A stretch of DNA of 63,980 bases, counting the filler, from Octopus bimaculoides (lineage: Eukaryota), in NCBI RefSeq assembly GCF_001194135.2. It is 7 parts of 7 records of this genome, joined end to end, with 100 filler letters (N's around TTAATTAATTAA, not from the genome) between each part and the next. Parts side by side here need not be neighbours in the genome. Positions count along the whole stretch, not along the records: positions 1 to 19,046 come from NC_068986.1; positions 19,147 to 36,694 come from NC_069008.1; 5 more parts are not named here. The stretch is one strand, 5' to 3'. Positions within the stretch are counted from its first letter, which is position 1. The number at the start of each line of letters is the position of its first letter. The position numbers and the translations under genes are program-made. Of this stretch, positions 12,309 through 23,984 are shown in pieces. The notes below the pieces were generated by a model, which did not search any database, was not told the DNA's origin, and was given only the letters and a program-made list of their open reading frames with translations.

Positions 12309-13220
12309 TTAGCATGTTGTAACCTGCAACGGATACACTGTACTTCTGTTGATTGAAGTCTCTTTACAAAATATTTGTTTCAAACTGTCGCGAAACGGTT
12401 TGCTTACCGCAGCATACAAAATAAAGTTGAAAACATTATTTATACAAGCTATCATATTGAAAAACATCAATAAAACTGTCTTCCTGCTATTTAGGAGTGA
12501 CACCACTACATAATAAATAGATGTAGGAAACGTTGTTAGTAGAAAAAGTACATTTATTGCAAACACTACATAAGTGCTATTTTTTGTTTGCTCTGAGGCG
12601 TTCCGTTGTACATGCTGGCCGAATTTGGGTCGATGGAGAATTTTGCACACTAGCAAAACAGAGCTGATTATTAAAATTAAAGCTGGTATGAATGAATAAA
12701 TGGAGTATGCGGCACAGATGCTATACATTTTATTCTTTAATACTGTTTTCAGTATTGCGTACGTAACAGCAACACATACAAGGAGCAACAGCAGCACAAT
12801 GTAAGGCTTGTAAGGTTGTGAAGAATGTAGTCTGAAAAATGGGCAAGAAATAGCTAATAAACGTTCAATAGATATAGTGACTGTTATCCAAGAGGAATAT
12901 GTATATAGAGAAAAATTGATGAATCTATAAATTTCACTCCTTAAAACTACAGTGACAGCCGTGTTGGATTGCCAATTAGATGAGAGCCAAATTAGTTTGA
13001 AGAAAAACATCCAAATACCAATGAAATCTACAGCAGCCAAACAATGAAGATATGGAACAATTTTATTCTGACGCATTTTCTTAGTGAAAAATAATGCAAT
13101 AACTGCTAGATTTCCGACAGATCCAAAAATCAATAGAATTATTGAAACGTGACGTATAGTTCTAAGTATGTAGATATTTGTATCATTCACACTCTGGCTA
13201 CTGTTGGTCATTGCATCCAT
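12309..13220 (-). CDS. Class A GPCR copy 4, intact, 303 aa
   Basis: Uninterrupted ORF with GSVGN, YLHCLAAVD, ISIERLLAISCPF and NNVFNFILY. Confidence 0.9.
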   Translation of the reverse strand: MDAMTNSSQSVNDTNIYILRTIRHVSIILLIFGSVGNLAVIALFFTKKMRQNKIVPYLHCLAAVDFIGIWMFFFKLIWLSSNWQSNTAVTVVLRSEIYRFINFSLYTYSSWITVTISIERLLAISCPFFRLHSSQPYKPYIVLLLLLVCVAVTYAILKTVLKNKMYSICAAYSIYSFIPALILIISSVLLVCKILHRPKFGQHVQRNASEQTKNSTYVVFAINVLFLLTTFPTSIYYVVVSLLNSRKTVLLMFFNMIACINNVFNFILYAAVSKPFRDSLKQIFCKETSINRSTVYPLQVTTC

Positions 13221-13839
13221 TTCTATTTCGTTAATTTATTCTTGCTTATTATTCAGTGGGAAAGCAGGAATAGTTAAATATAATCACTTCCAATTACACA
13301 ACAAATATCAAAAGACTGCACAATGTTCCACTTCTTTGACATGTAACACCTTTGTGGTATAACTCTATTTAAGCTCTGTTAAGCCTTTTTTATAAAAATC
13401 TATGTATGTATAATACACAGAGAGTCTATATGCTCACGCATGTATGTATGTATGTATGTATGTATGTATGTATGTGCATAAAGATACGGTTATATGATGA
13501 TCGGTTACGTTTTAGTGTTCATGCATTACTTGATGTTGGTAATGATGGTCATAATGAGGAGGAGGAGGAGAAGAAGGAGGAAGATGATGAGGAGGAGGGG
13601 GAGGATTATGATAAAGAGGGTGATCATAATCATGATGATGATGGCGGTGGTGGTGGTGGGGATTGGGGGAAGGTAGATTAGTCGGACTACTTCTAAGACG
13701 ATAAAATAACAGCAAGGATCGGGCTCGTCGTTTGATGTGGAGGAAGTAACATTATCAACGGTGATAAGACATTAAATGTATAAATGAATCGACATCCCAT
13801 TTGATTACAAAAAAGAAGAAAAGTAAAGGCGTGGATAGA

Positions 13840-13872
13840 TCCTGCCAAAGGCTTGTCTACGGCTAAGTAACT
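13840..13872. promoter_or_regulatory. Conserved 33-bp upstream element (copy 4)
   Basis: TCCTGCCAAAGGCTTGTCTACGGCTAAGTAACT, 620 bp upstream of the ATG. Confidence 0.55.
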
Positions 13873-14222
13873 CTAGAACTTCCGTTGTTATCTTGTATTA
13901 TACTCGTCTAAAGCGAAACAAAAAAAGAAGATGCATTTTAATGTACTATGATTGAAATGATTTAAAATGAATTATTGATTGTATTTAATATGCTAATCGA
14001 TTAAGCTTCTGGGCACGGATCTAAATTCACGATGGAAATTTCGAGGCTAGAATTATAGTCCATATAAATGTGCTGGTGGGTTTCTCAACGAAATAATTTT
14101 CCAAGGAATAATTCTAATTGTGATATGACACACGAGAAAGACATCGGCGTTTGCAGTAATTTACAAATATGTATATCTTAATTTCACTAATATGTGTATG
14201 ATCGTATGGAAGCATATGCGTT

Positions 14223-14265
<43 letters not shown>

Positions 14266-15979
14266 NNNNNNNNNNNNNNNNNNNNNNNNNNNNNNNNNNN
14301 NNNNNNNNNNNNNNNNNNNNAGAAAAGAAGTTATGAAGTGAAATGCTATGATAGTTACTGTCAGTAAGTGAGGAAGTAAGAATTTACGCCCCACTAATAT
14401 TAAGATAAGAATATACTTCTAAAATTAATATTTAGCTTCTAACTTGGTGAGTTGTCAGAAACGTTTGAACGTCGAGCGAAATTCTTAGCGGTCTGAGTTC
14501 AAATTCTACCGAGGCCGGCTTTCCTTTCCGTATATTTTATTTTCCAATTAAGTCTTTAATAAAGTTAGTTTTTATTATGCTGTTGAATTAGAGTAATTTT
14601 AACTTTTATTATTAATTTTCTCTTTCAGCTGTAATTAACTTGCTTTCTGCTTTTTTTAGTTGCTTTCCTTTTCTTTTTAGTTAATTATTTAATCAGGCTA
14701 GTTCATTGATGTGTTATATGTATCATATATGCGCATCTAAATTTATTGGGGCAGGAATATAGTCATTTTTGGCTGTGTCGCTATGGGCAGACTTGAAGTA
14801 AAGTTGTCCAGAAAAGGCACTGGTTAAAAGTGCCTATATTCTAAATTTACATTTAAATTTCGAAATTAATTAAAAGGGATTTTTCATAAATCAAATTTAT
14901 GTTAATGGGTAATATTAACTTGTGTATATCTGATGTGCTTTTATAATTACTGTTCTATTGATAATTATTGATACATCTAGATTAACAGGAGTCAGTGTTG
15001 TTATCACTCACAATCTAGGTTACTTAAGGTGATCCTGGTAACTGATAGATTTGGGATCTTGTTTTTTGCAACTTTTGGTGAGCCATGGTGCAACCAACAC
15101 GATGGTAAAATTCCCTGCTATTAATTTGGAGTGGATGGGTAATATCAAATAATTCAATCACAACATATATTTAAATTACACACGAAAAAAATTGAAATAT
15201 TATCACTTACATGGAAAAATCGTAATATTATCTTTCAGTATTTTATAAGTTATAATCTTAAATAATTAATTGACACATTATTAATTATCTTATAACAGCA
15301 ATGCCTGGAAAAATCATGGATTAAATGGGAAAATGCAAGCATGAAAAGTAATATTCTTCAGATTACATGTTTTAAAATGTTATTACACCTGGAAAAGTAT
15401 AGGGCAAGCTATGACTTCTAGTAAAATAAAGAATAAATAGTTTACTTAAAATATTGCTGCTAAAGTTAAAATTTGAATATCAAAAATTATTTTTTATTAT
15501 ATACAAATAACACTATACTTATTTAAGTAGAATTTGGCTAATTTACTACCTTAAACACAGGAAAAAGTGACTAATTAGACAACTTTACAAATTAGCTGAA
15601 CAGTTTTGTAGAATAAACTTAAAAGAGGATAACTGTAAAGAGTGATACATTACAAGAACTGGCATTCTTTGCGGCAATATTTTAAGTATTATCTTCCCTT
15701 CAACTTCTACTTCCTTTTCTTTCACTTAACAGTTACAGCAGCAAAAGTTGATGACGTGATTTTCACCAAACTAGAATGTATACTTTCCACGTTCATATTT
15801 GAAATTTTAGCATTTCGATAATTTTTCTCAGTCCCGAATTTGATGGACATATAGCGACTCAAGAAATTACTAGTGAGAATTATTTTCATGTATTTGAAGA
15901 GACCTAGAACGGTTAGGAACATTGGTTGTACCCAATAAAGACTATTACACATTGTGTCTCCTATTTTATTAATACCATA

Positions 15980-16038
<59 letters not shown>

Positions 16039-16075
16039 ATAGATAGATAGATAGACAGACAGACAGAAGACAGAC

Positions 16076-16122
<47 letters not shown>

Positions 16123-16196
16123 CAGATAGATAGAAGCATATGAACAAACATCAACATATGTATATGTGTGTGTATGAATATATATATATATTCTTA

Positions 16197-16523
16197 TTTA
16201 CTTCCTCACCACTGGAATAATGATTGATGTTTGCCTCTCAGACCCTATTCCATGGGGCCGAAGAGATGATAGTCCAGTGATGAGAAAGTAAAAACTGTAG
16301 TGAAGACGTGGCTCAAAGAACAGTCAGCAGAATTTACCGGGCAGGAATACATGCTCTCATTTGAAGGTGGAACGTTGCTACTGAGACAAACGGTGACTAT
16401 TTTGAGAAGTAGGGATGTGATCCACAAAGGACCAGATTCCTTTTTATGTATGATACATGTTCCTCTGTTGGTCATTATACCTGTCCTAAACAAAAGGGCA
16501 TTACATTTTGACTCACCCTCATA
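16197..16523 (+). mobile_element. Mariner transposon 3' relic with a small inverted segment
   Basis: The plus strand encodes DEKVKTVVKTWLKEQSAEF...GIHALI..WN...NGDYFEK*, then the TIR (TTTTGACTCACCCTCATA). The minus strand at 16200-16277 encodes DYHLFGPM..GLRGKH. Confidence 0.8.
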
Positions 16524-16830
16524 GATATGCATATATTAATGCAGCTGAAAAAATTGCTGGATTTTTAGGGTATGATTTAAAATAAAGATAAGATTTTCCT
16601 TTTACATATTATTGATTGTTGCAAAATAATCTGATTTTTTAAAATTCCACGAAAGGATTGTTGGATATATCTGTCACACATAAGGATGTACCTGGGATTG
16701 TAATCTACATATATTTAATTGTATTTACTTGCTGCAAATTTCACCGTATTCCTTTTAATCCGAGTGCTTTCTTGATATCTGCCAGGATATTTTAATCCCA
16801 TATTGTTTTCCCTCTCTCTCTCGATCTCTC

Positions 16831-16882
<52 letters not shown>

Positions 16883-17070
16883 ATGGTATGTGTGCGTGTG
16901 ATTTTAAATAGATAAACGTTATGATTATATATGCTATATAAATGATGTATATGTTGAGGAGAGAACGAAAAGAGAGAATGATAATTGTGTAAAATTATAA
17001 ATTTAACGAGAAATATAGATATATATCTAAATTCTTACCTAATCGGTAAATCCATCCATTAATGAAAGCC

Positions 17071-17991
17071 TTAGTTCGTTGTAACCTGCAATGAATACAC
17101 CGTATTTCTGGTCACTGAAGTCCCTTTACCACAAATTTCTTTTAAATTATCGCGAAATGATTTGCTTACCGCGACATACAAAACGAAGTTTAGAGCGTTA
17201 TTCATACAAGCTATTATATCTAAGAAGAAATATACGACCTCATCATGTTGGTTTTGGAATGTCAGTATCAAGTAATTAAGAGATGCGGGAAATGTTGTTA
17301 GTAGGAATATTGAGTTTATAGCGATGACGATATAAATGATATTTTTTGACTGCTCTGAAGAATTGCGTTGAACATGCTGACCGAGCTCAGCTCGATGGAG
17401 TATTTTATACACCAGCAAAAGAGAGCTGATAATTAAAATCATAGCTGGTAGGAATGAATAAATGAAGAGTCCGGCGCAAAAAGTGTACACTCTATTCTTT
17501 AAAAATAACGCCAGCATTGCGTACGTAATAGCAACACATACAAGAAGCAAGAATAGTACAAGATAAGGCTTATAACGTTGTGAAGAATGAAGGGTGGAAA
17601 ACGGGCAAAAAATTGCCCACAGACGTTCAAGAGATATGATAACGGTTATCCAGGAGGAATATATATTTATAGAAAATGTAACTCCTCCATATATTTCACT
17701 GTCGAATATACTTTTATGTGTCGTGTTAGATTGGAATGCGTGTGACTGCCATATGATATTTGCGTAATTCAACCAAATAGCAATAAAATCTACAAGAGCT
17801 AAACATTGAAGATATGGGACAATTTTATTCTGACGCATTTTCTTCCTGAAAAATATTGCAAAAACTGTTAAATTCCCGATAGAACCAAATGTCAATAGAA
17901 TTATTGAAACATATCGCATAGTTCTAAATAAATGAATATCTGCATTGTTTTCTGTATGGGTACTGTTGGGTACTGTATGGGTACTGGTCAT
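17071..17991 (-). CDS. Class A GPCR copy 5, intact, 306 aa from the first ATG
   Basis: The track ORF starts at a TTG (18099); the first in-frame ATG is at 17991. Motifs are GSIGN, YLQCLALVD, ISLERLWAIFCPF and NNALNFVLY. Confidence 0.9.
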   Translation of the reverse strand: MTSTHTVPNSTHTENNADIHLFRTMRYVSIILLTFGSIGNLTVFAIFFRKKMRQNKIVPYLQCLALVDFIAIWLNYANIIWQSHAFQSNTTHKSIFDSEIYGGVTFSINIYSSWITVIISLERLWAIFCPFSTLHSSQRYKPYLVLFLLLVCVAITYAMLALFLKNRVYTFCAGLFIYSFLPAMILIISSLLLVYKILHRAELGQHVQRNSSEQSKNIIYIVIAINSIFLLTTFPASLNYLILTFQNQHDEVVYFFLDIIACMNNALNFVLYVAVSKSFRDNLKEICGKGTSVTRNTVYSLQVTTN

Positions 17992-18595
17992 GGTCTCTGT
18001 ATCTGTTTCGTTCAAATTTTCGTTCAAAGTTTCATCCGCCTGAGAGGCAAATATGACAGCTGGAATAACAAAAGGTATCAAATGCCTATTATACGCCAAA
18101 ATGTAATAAGTCTTTCTGCAGCTTGTATCTACACCTTATGTGTGTGAAATGTTCTCATATAATTCTGTCTGTATATAATATAGGTAAATAAACTAGCTTG
18201 TATGTATGTATATATGTACGTATATATATGGATACAGTTATAACGAGGCTAGTTTTCCTTTTTCACTAGTTTCTACTGCTGCTGTATATAGTAATATATT
18301 ACCGCGACGTTGTTAAGGGTGACAACAACGACAGTGAAGATGATGATGATGATGACAATTCAGATAATGACAACGCAGATGATGAGGTTGATGAGTGTGA
18401 CTACGATCGTGGTATTGTTGGCTACGTGAATTGGGAGTGATGTGTGAATAACTGTTACTAAGACGGGTAATCCATAGAGATGACAATTCCAGCTGGTTAA
18501 TGTAGATAACATTTTTAACAATATCTCTACTAGTATGAAAGGAAAGGTATAAAATGAATCAATATCACTTTTGATTACAAAAAGGAGAGAAAACT

Positions 18596-18628
18596 TCCTG
18601 CCGAAGACTTGACTACTCTTAAGTAACT
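18596..18628. promoter_or_regulatory. Conserved 33-bp upstream element (copy 5)
   Basis: TCCTGCCGAAGACTTGACTACTCTTAAGTAACT, about 605 bp upstream of the ATG. Confidence 0.55.
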
Positions 18629-19007
18629 CTAGCAGTTCCGCTGTATTCTTAATTTAAGCTTGCACGAGATTTACGTTGCAAGTATAATGTAAGTCCTTTG
18701 TGTTAATTGTATATTGAATATATTAATGGATTTAACTTTCCCCAGAGGAACTAAATCCATGAAGGAAATTTCAATTTTAACATTATAGTGCACATAATAT
18801 GGGTATAGACGGTTTTCTCCATGAAATGGTTTCCCAAATAGAAGTTTCGAATACTACTAACATTTCATATGCTACATAACAAGAACAAAGCCATTGGCGT
18901 TTCGTGAGAGGCAATAACATAGAATGCGTCCTTTATCACTTTCTCACTTTCTGTCCGTCTGCCTCTCCAGCCATGTCTCAATTAAACTATCAGTCACCAT
19001 ACATATA

Positions 19008-19046
<39 letters not shown>

Positions 19047-19146
19047 NNNNNNNNNNNNNNNNNNNNNNNNNNNNNNNNNNNNNNNNNNNNTTAATTAATT
19101 AANNNNNNNNNNNNNNNNNNNNNNNNNNNNNNNNNNNNNNNNNNNN
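19047..19146. other. Artificial 100-bp contig spacer (44N-TTAATTAATTAA-44N). The same linker lies at 36739, 44039, 55812, 57910 and 62910.
   Basis: An identical 12-mer with stops in all six frames sits centred between exactly 44 Ns on each side, six times. Confidence 0.95.
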
Positions 19147-19669
19147 CCCCCCCCAAAGTACCTGTCTGTCCACTGAGTCAAACGCCTTGCAATGGTCAAC
19201 ATACGCAGCAATTATCTTCCTACTGAAGGCTCTACTTGCATTCATTGAGTACACACAGAACTAGGGGCCTGTCAGAAGTTGATCCCTATGGCGTGAACCC
19301 AGACTGCTGAGAAGACAGATGATTTCATGCTCTGTTCAGGATGATCCTGGCAAAGACCTTAGAGGGAACTGAGAGGAGAGAAACAGCCCTTTAATTGTTG
19401 CAGTTGTGGTGGTTACCTTTACTTTCTGACAGTGGGATAATGATGCCCCCTTTTCCTGTCAGGTGGTATGATACCAAAGGGGTTTGTTAACTCTTATCAA
19501 CAGAACAGCCCAATGTGATAAGGCTGGCCCTTCGAATTGCAGGTAGACTTTGCTTTTGTCAGCTGGGTGAACCAAAAGCAACATGTATTGCTCAAGAACA
19601 CAACACACTGAGTGGATTTGGTAGATGGAAACTGAAAGAAGCTCAGTATATATAAATGTTTGTTAATGT

Positions 19670-20858
19670 CATCATCATCATCATCGTTTAACGTCCGCTT
19701 TCCATGCTAGCATGGGTTGGACGATTTGACTGAGGACTGGTGCAACCGGATGGCTACACCAGGCTCCAATCTAATTTGGCAGAGTTTCTACAGCTGGATG
19801 CCCTTCCTAACGCCAACCACTCAGAGAGTGTAGTGGGTGCTATTACGTGTCACCCGCACGAAAACGGCCACGCTCGAAATGGTGTCTTTTATGTGCCACC
19901 CGCACAAGAGCCAGTCCAGGGGCACTGGCAACGATCTCGCTCGAAAACCCTACAAGGCCAGTCAGGCAGTACTGGCAACGGTCACGCTCAGGATGGTACA
20001 TCTTNNNNNNNNNNNNNNNNNNNNNNNNNNNNNNNNNNNNNNNNNNNNNNNNNNNNNNNNNNNNNNNNNNNNNNNNNNNNNNNNNNNNNNNNNNNNNNNN
20101 NNNNNNNNNNNNNNNNNNNNNNNNNNNNNNNNNNNNNNNNNNNNNNNNNNNNNNNNNNNNNNNNNNNNNNNNNNNNNNNNNNNNNNNNNNNNNNNNNNNN
20201 NNNNNNNNNNNNNNNNNNNNNNNNNNNNNNNNNNNNNNNNNNNNNNNNNNNNNNNNNNNNNNNNNNNNNNNNNNNNNNNNNNNNNNNNNNNNNNNNNNNN
20301 NNNNNNNNNNNNNNNNNNNNNNNNNNNNNNNNNNNNNNNNNNNNNNNNNNNNNNNNNNNNNNNNNNNNNNNNNNNNNNNNNNNNNNNNNNNNNNNNNNNN
20401 NNNNNNNNNNNNNNNNNNNNNNNNNNNNNNNNNNNNNNNNNNNNNNNNNNNNNNNNNNNNNNNNNNNNNNNNNNNNNNNNNNNNNNNNNNNNNNNNNNNN
20501 NNNNNNNNTAGTCATCGCCTCGGTGAGGCCCAATGTTCGCAGGTCTTGCCTCACCACCTCAGCCCAGGTCTTCCTGGGCCTACCTCTTCCACGGGTTCCC
20601 TCAACTGTTAGGGAGTGGCACTTTTTCATGCAGCTATCCTCATTCATTCTCACCACATGTCCAAACCAGCGCAATCGTCTCTCTTGCACATCACTACTGA
20701 TGCTTCTTATGTTTAGCTTTTCTCTCAAGATACTTACACTCTGACGGGTATGCACATTTACATTACACATCCAGCGGAGCATACTGGCTTCATTCCTTGC
20801 GAGCTTACGCATGTCCTCAGCAGTCACAGCCCATGCTTCACTGCCATGTAGCATGGCT
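19670..20858 (-). mobile_element. RTE-clade LINE, 5'-truncated, inserted in the presumptive intron upstream of ZNF-A
   Basis: Minus-strand ORF LHGSEAW...MLRWM...ERRLRWFGHVVRM...GRGRPRKTW is typical of the RTE ORF2 C-terminus. The 3' end has a (GAT)n tail. Confidence 0.9.
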
Positions 20859-21447
20859 ATATATCTATTATGTTCTTTCCCATGAAATGTCGTATTTGAA
20901 AGGTAACAATAAAATGTTTCAGAAGTGTTAGAGAACTGATTTATTTAATCAGAATATGATCCATGTTCATTTGTGATGTTTATCCAACATTTCTCTGTCA
21001 TATATTCCATATTCCAACATTTCTATGGAAATGTTGAATCTGTATTTTCTAAGTAGCCTCTATATCTTACACTGTCTTTTCTTTATTATTTCAGAATATC
21101 AGATGACATTGGAATAACTGAAGATACATTCTCATTATTTATCATCTTTTAAAGACCAAAATGAAAATATTGTACAGAGCAGATATATAAGATTGTTTCT
21201 ATGAATCTATGGTAGAATTCCTCTGATATATTTACTCTGAAATGTGTTATTAGCAAACTTTCAGGACATCACTGGCTGGAGTGTCTACAAGATGAGTCTG
21301 GTTGCAGATTAAACGTGGATAAATTTACTAAAGAGTTTTGGGACAAAGGTAATATTAGACAGAAACACAACAGCAGAAATATTTGTTAACAAAGAACTAT
21401 AGAAGCAAAAAGAAAAAAATACCTATTGTGATTTTAGAAGTAAAATA

Positions 21448-22773
21448 ATGGAAAAGAATAAGAAAATAAAGGAACGGATTTTGCCAGAAGATACAGAAAA
21501 TGGGAGACGAAAATTGTCATATGACTGTGATGTCTGTAAAAGGTCTTTCTCTCAAAAGATTTGCTTCACTATACACCAACGTATTCATGCAGGAGAGAAA
21601 CCTTATCACTGTGATGTTTGTGGTAAATCATTCTCTCAAAATGGTAGCTTGACTACACACCAACGTATTCATACAGGGGAGAAACCTTATCACTGTGATG
21701 TTTGTGGTAAATCATTCTCTCAAAATGGTAGCTTGACTACACACAAACGTATTCATACAGGAGAGAAGCCTTATCACTGTGATGTCTGTGGTGTGCCATT
21801 CTCTCAGCGAAGTTCTTTAGGTTATCATAAGCGTTTGCATACAGGGGAGAAGCCATTTCACTGTGACATCTGTGGTAAATCATTCTCTAAAAGTAAGAAC
21901 TTGACTACACACAAGCGTATTCATACAGGAGAGAAGCCATTTCACTGTGACATCTGTGATAAATCATTCTTTCACAAAGGTAGCTTGACTACACACACAC
22001 GTATTCACACCGGAGAGAAGCCTTATCACTGTGATGTCTGTAGTATGTCATTCTCTAACCGAAGTGCTTTGAGTTATCACATCCATGTTCACACAGGGAA
22101 GAAGCCATTTCACTGTGACATTTGTGGGAAATCATTCTCTGGAAGTAGTGCATTGTCTAACCACAAATATATTCACACCGGAGAGAAGCCTCACCACTGT
22201 GATGTCTGTGGTGCATCATTTTCTCAGAGAAGTGCTTTTAATTTACACATGCGTTCCCATACAGGGGAGAAGCCATTTCACTGTGACATTTGTGGTAAAT
22301 CATTCTCTGGAAGTGGTACATTGACTACACACAAATATATTCATACAGGAGAGAAGCCATTTCACTGTGTTGTCTGTGGTAAATCATTCTCTCAGATGAG
22401 TGCTTTTAATTCACACATGAGTTCCCATACAGGGGAGCAGCCATTTCACTGTGATATCTGTGGTAAATCATTCTTTCAAAAAATTGGCTTGACTGCACAC
22501 AAACGTATTCATACAGGAGAGAAGCCATATCAGTGTAACATCTGTGGTACATCATTCTCTCACCGAAATACTTTAATTTCTCACATACGTATTCATACAG
22601 GGGAGAAGCCATATCACTGTGACATTTGTGGTAAATCATTCACTGTAAAAACTACATTGACTGCTCATAAACGTATTCATACTGGAGAGAAGCCATATTA
22701 CTGTGTTGTCTGTGGTAAATCATTCTCTCAGCGAAGTGCTTTAAATTCTCACAAACGTGTCCATACAGGATAG
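21448..22773 (+). CDS. C2H2 zinc-finger protein ZNF-A, 441 aa, 15 fingers, no effector domain
   Basis: A 26-aa basic N-terminus followed by 15 x CxxC-12-HxxxH with TGEKP linkers. An upstream splice acceptor TTATTTCAG| ends at 21094. Confidence 0.95.
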   Translation: MEKNKKIKERILPEDTENGRRKLSYDCDVCKRSFSQKICFTIHQRIHAGEKPYHCDVCGKSFSQNGSLTTHQRIHTGEKPYHCDVCGKSFSQNGSLTTHKRIHTGEKPYHCDVCGVPFSQRSSLGYHKRLHTGEKPFHCDICGKSFSKSKNLTTHKRIHTGEKPFHCDICDKSFFHKGSLTTHTRIHTGEKPYHCDVCSMSFSNRSALSYHIHVHTGKKPFHCDICGKSFSGSSALSNHKYIHTGEKPHHCDVCGASFSQRSAFNLHMRSHTGEKPFHCDICGKSFSGSGTLTTHKYIHTGEKPFHCVVCGKSFSQMSAFNSHMSSHTGEQPFHCDICGKSFFQKIGLTAHKRIHTGEKPYQCNICGTSFSHRNTLISHIRIHTGEKPYHCDICGKSFTVKTTLTAHKRIHTGEKPYYCVVCGKSFSQRSALNSHKRVHTG

Positions 22774-23140
<367 letters not shown>

Positions 23141-23984
23141 TTAAACCTTTTACCATGCAGATTATTCTGTTGAATGTGATGTTCATTTATTCACATTATT
23201 TTCAACTTGTCATGCATTATCTCACAGCTTTCAAGTTTTGATGATGTGATTGTTTATTTTTAGAATGAGATTGCTGAGTAGGTTTAAGAGGTTGAGTCTG
23301 GCGAGTTTGAAAAAAAAATAGGTAGAATATTCAGGCCAGATATGGCTAGTAACATTAGAAATACCAACATTTCTCACTTCTTACAAGTGGTCATTTTTGA
23401 ATGACATTGAAAATCTTATTTAATATAATTTATTTTAAATATAAGCATAGAATATATATATGTATATGTATATACACACAAATATATGAAATGATGCTCA
23501 TGATTGCACATTCAATACAGTGGTTGATATTAAAATGTTATAAGCAAAAGTGATGATAAATGACCATTCGGTACTTCTAGTGTTAACTGTGTATCCATAT
23601 AGATGTGTGACTATCAATGTGACAATTCTTAAGAACAAGAAGCATTTTGAGCTCCTCCTAAATTGGTGTTGTGGGTTTTCTCCATGGCAATAACCAAACT
23701 ACTCATCAGGGAATCACTGTATTTGTCAAGTTCCTTCTCTGCCAAAAAAGAAAGAAAGAACAGAGTGTGATAACAGCCTCCCAACTCTATAGTTTATGTC
23801 ATTACACCTAAGATAACTTATATGTGGCATATTTTTTTTGAAAAAGCAATTTCTTTCAGATTGACATATATCTTTCATTTAAAACTAATTTCCTTTGCTA
23901 CTTTCTGTTGGTAAAATGACGAGTTGTCAAATACGTCGTACAGCAAATTACTCATACTGCGAGGTTCTACTGTATGTATCATGA

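Noticed and set aside
17992-18099. 36-aa N-terminal extension of GPCR copy 5 (signal-peptide-like)
   Set aside because: It starts at TTG and overlaps the conserved TATAAT/Inr-like region; probably non-coding.
18630-21448. Functional linkage between the GPCR array and the ZNF array
   Set aside because: They are separated by an artificial unknown-size spacer, so distance and orientation are unverified.
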